Below are positions 61,520 to 64,000 of a stretch of 64,000 bases of DNA, piece after piece. The stretch lies in NCBI RefSeq assembly GCF_006345805.1, contig NC_043002.1, positions 8,804,001-8,868,000 of the forward strand, written 5' to 3'. The translations under genes and the position numbers were made by a program. The notes under the pieces are model-generated. The model ran no database searches. It saw only the letters and a program-made list of their open reading frames with translations, and had not been told where the DNA came from. This stretch comes from Octopus sinensis. Taxonomy: Eukaryota. Positions within the stretch are counted from its first letter, which is position 1; every line of letters starts with the position of its first letter.

Positions 61520-62002
61520 TGCTTGCGAAGACCTGTTGGGGCAAGTAAAATCGGAATCAAAACTGAACCAATCCTATGACTGGCACCTGGCAGTTGCCAG
61601 TGCCGCTGGACTGACACCATTTAAACCCTGTGCTTGAGGAGACCTACTGAGTCAAGTACATCAACATCAAAAATCAATGGAAATTGTAGTTGTGATCCCT
61701 GTGCCGGTGGCATGTAAAAAGCACCATCTGAACATGGCCAATGCCAGCGCTGCCTTGACTGGCTTCTGTGCTGGTGGCATGTAAAAAGCACCAACCAATC
61801 ATGGCCACTGCCAGCCTGTGCTGGTGGCACGTAAAAAGCACCCACCACACTCACGGAGTGGTTGGTGTTAGGAAGGGCATCCAGCTGTTGAAACACTGCC
61901 AGATAAGACTGGGCCTGGTGCAACCTCCTGGCTTCCTAGACCCCAGTCGAACTGTCCAACCCATGCTAGCATGGAAAACGGACGTTAAACAATGATGATA
62001 AT
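61520..62002 (+). mobile_element. RTE 3' UTR fragment with internal tandem repeats and (GAT)n tail
   Basis: Same family as 2555-2935. Confidence 0.85.
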
Positions 62003-62284
62003 GAAGAGTAGGACTTGTAACCCTATTTTAGAGTCTCTTACACTGAAAGGAAGAAGGGGATAAGTTATAAAGTAACTTAAGACCTGGTTGGAATTCTTGC
62101 AAAAGAATGGAATCAGCTAAAGATACCCGAAGACCAGGTGGTGGTTTTACACCAGATGATAGGTTACCAGCCAAGAAGAGAAAGAGACCCTATGGTGAGT
62201 TTCCAGTTTCTGTTTACAAAATTTCAGTCAAAAGATATAGGCTGACCCAAGCCTGTGGTAAAAGATACTTTGCCAAATTCCAAC

Positions 62285-64000
62285 ACAGTTTCTTTCAAGT
62301 ACTTCGCATGTCCTCAGCAGTCACAGCCCATGTTTCACTACCATGTAGCATGGCTGTTCACACACAGGCATCATACAATGTGCCTTTCACTCTGAGAGAG
62401 AGGCCCTTGTTGCCAGCAGAGGAAGGAGCTCTCTGAACTTTGTCCAGCCTTATCTTATTCTCACAGCTACATTCTCAGAGCATTCCTCTCCACTACTAAC
62501 TTGGTCACCTAGGTAACGGAAGCTATCTACTACCTCTAGTTTGTCCCCCTGGCAGTTGATGGAGTCTATTTCTGTACATTTTCAGCGTTTATTGTACATG
62601 TGTATCTTCCACATACAAAAGCCAGTTTCCCTGTTCATCTTCCTATTATATTACTGCACCTTTTATGTATCCAAAGCTTACGCCAGGTGTTTCTACCTTC
62701 ACCTTTTCTATAGATTGAGCAGGGCCATCTACCTGAAGGGATTTGTAATTTGTCTGCCTTCCTACTTATAAAGACTTTGGATTTTGTTAAGTTAACTCTA
62801 AGGCTCTTTGACTCTACCTGCAACTTCTCTTCTTCAGGTAGTGATTCAGCTATAAGAGCAAGGTCATCAGCTTAGCAGAGCCCCCAGGGACATCCTGTCT
62901 TGAATTCCTCAGTTATTGCCTGGAGGACTATGATGAACAAGAGGGGGATGAGTGCTGATCCTTGTTGAACCTCTACTTGTACCCTGAATTCTTTGCTGTA
63001 CTCCTTGGCAACCCTCACCTTACTGGTAGCATCCTTGTACATGGCTTGTACAGCTCTCACCAACCATTCGTCTATCCCTAGTTTCCACATTGACCACTAG
63101 ATAAGGGATCAGGGGACCCTGCCAAAGGCTTTCTCCAAGTCATCAAAGGCCAAGTACAGAGATTTATCTGCGGCTAGGTATTTCTCCTGCAGCCGTCTTA
63201 CCAGAAATATAGTGTCAGTGGTGCTTCTCCCTGGCACAATACCAAACTCTCTCCCTTATTAGTTGGACTATGACTATCTCCGTAAATTTCATCACCTGAT
63301 CCAACAAGTTGATACCTCTCGAATTATCTCTATCTAAGGCATCACCTTTACTTTTGTAGCAGTTGTCTATGGTGCTGTTACACCAGTCATTGGGTATGAC
63401 TCCTTTGTGAACCACCTGATTTACAACATGGGTGAGTAGACTATAACCCACGCTGCCAGATATTTTAAGCATCTCAGCGGTGATTCCTGGTGGACCAGGG
63501 GTTTTTCCTGTCTTCATATCCTTAATTGCTTCATCTACCAAGGTTTTGTCGATCTGGGTAGCTGACCCCTCAATTGGGTTGATATTTGGCAGACTCCTTC
63601 CATTCATTCTCCACATTCAGCAGTCTTTCATAATGGCATTTGAAGCCTACACATGTACCATCATCCATTCAGACACATTTCTCTCCTATGACTTCCTCTC
63701 ACACACTCTCTTGCAATCTAAAACACTTCAGTTCTTTTGTCCTCATGTTGCTGAACATAGGCAAACTTCTTTTCTGCTTCTCCTTGGCTAGATATACCTG
63801 TTTTCTAGCTTCCCTTCTGGCTATCTGATACAGTTCCCTGCTACTCCCCATTGTTCCAGTCCGTTTCTTTGCTCTAGCACTGCATCATTCCACCACCACG
63901 TTACCCTAGGTCTGCTTGGAACTTTGCATCACCCACAGATGGCACTCAGTAAGCTGTCCTGCAGGAATTCCCAGTTGCTTTTTATGTCATAGGTCTGTAG
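62285..64000 (-). mobile_element. Degenerate RTE LINE reverse-transcriptase region (runs out of the window) in TSN intron 1
   Basis: KTPGPPGITAEMLK..KGDAL..RGINLLDQVMK; DDLEKAFG; QQGSAL; YADD mutated to *ADD; same family as 6637-8035. Confidence 0.9.

Noticed and set aside
61411-64000. Translin first coding exon
   Set aside because: The region is occupied by RTE fragments; no ATG-initiated ~22-codon exon with a phase-0 donor was recognised

Overview
Eukaryotic, AT-rich, repeat-dense genomic DNA. It is very probably a coleoid cephalopod (Octopus-like); this is inferred from the SINE, RTE and Penelope families, the microsatellite load and the intron sizes. One protein-coding gene is securely identified: Translin (TSN) on the minus strand. 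Five coding exons with canonical GT-AG boundaries (61410-61317, 59569-59473, 56916-56801, 55177-55098, 52264-52043) splice in frame to 202 aa plus stop; the short first coding exon was not found and probably lies beyond base 64000. A CpG-dense promoter-like island at about 20.9-21.3 kb has no assignable gene in the window. The rest is mostly transposon-derived: at least three tRNA-derived SINE families; RTE, L1/Tx1, CR1, R4/Dong and Penelope fragments; a broken Gypsy gag-protease; Tc1 and mariner remnants; a hAT MITE; non-autonomous Helitrons; and a GGATC-ended MITE carrying telomeric repeats. No CRISPR array, rRNA or intact tRNA gene was seen. The most notable structures are SINE multimers of mixed variants bounded by single target-site duplications, type I hammerhead-like motifs with a non-canonical CCGACGA core, a MITE abutted by a 145-bp direct duplication, a perfect 86-bp inverted templated insertion, and several fold-back palindromes. 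Exon, TSD, TIR and ribozyme coordinates were counted by hand; boundaries of degenerate repeats are approximate and family names come from recalled motif similarity, not database searches.
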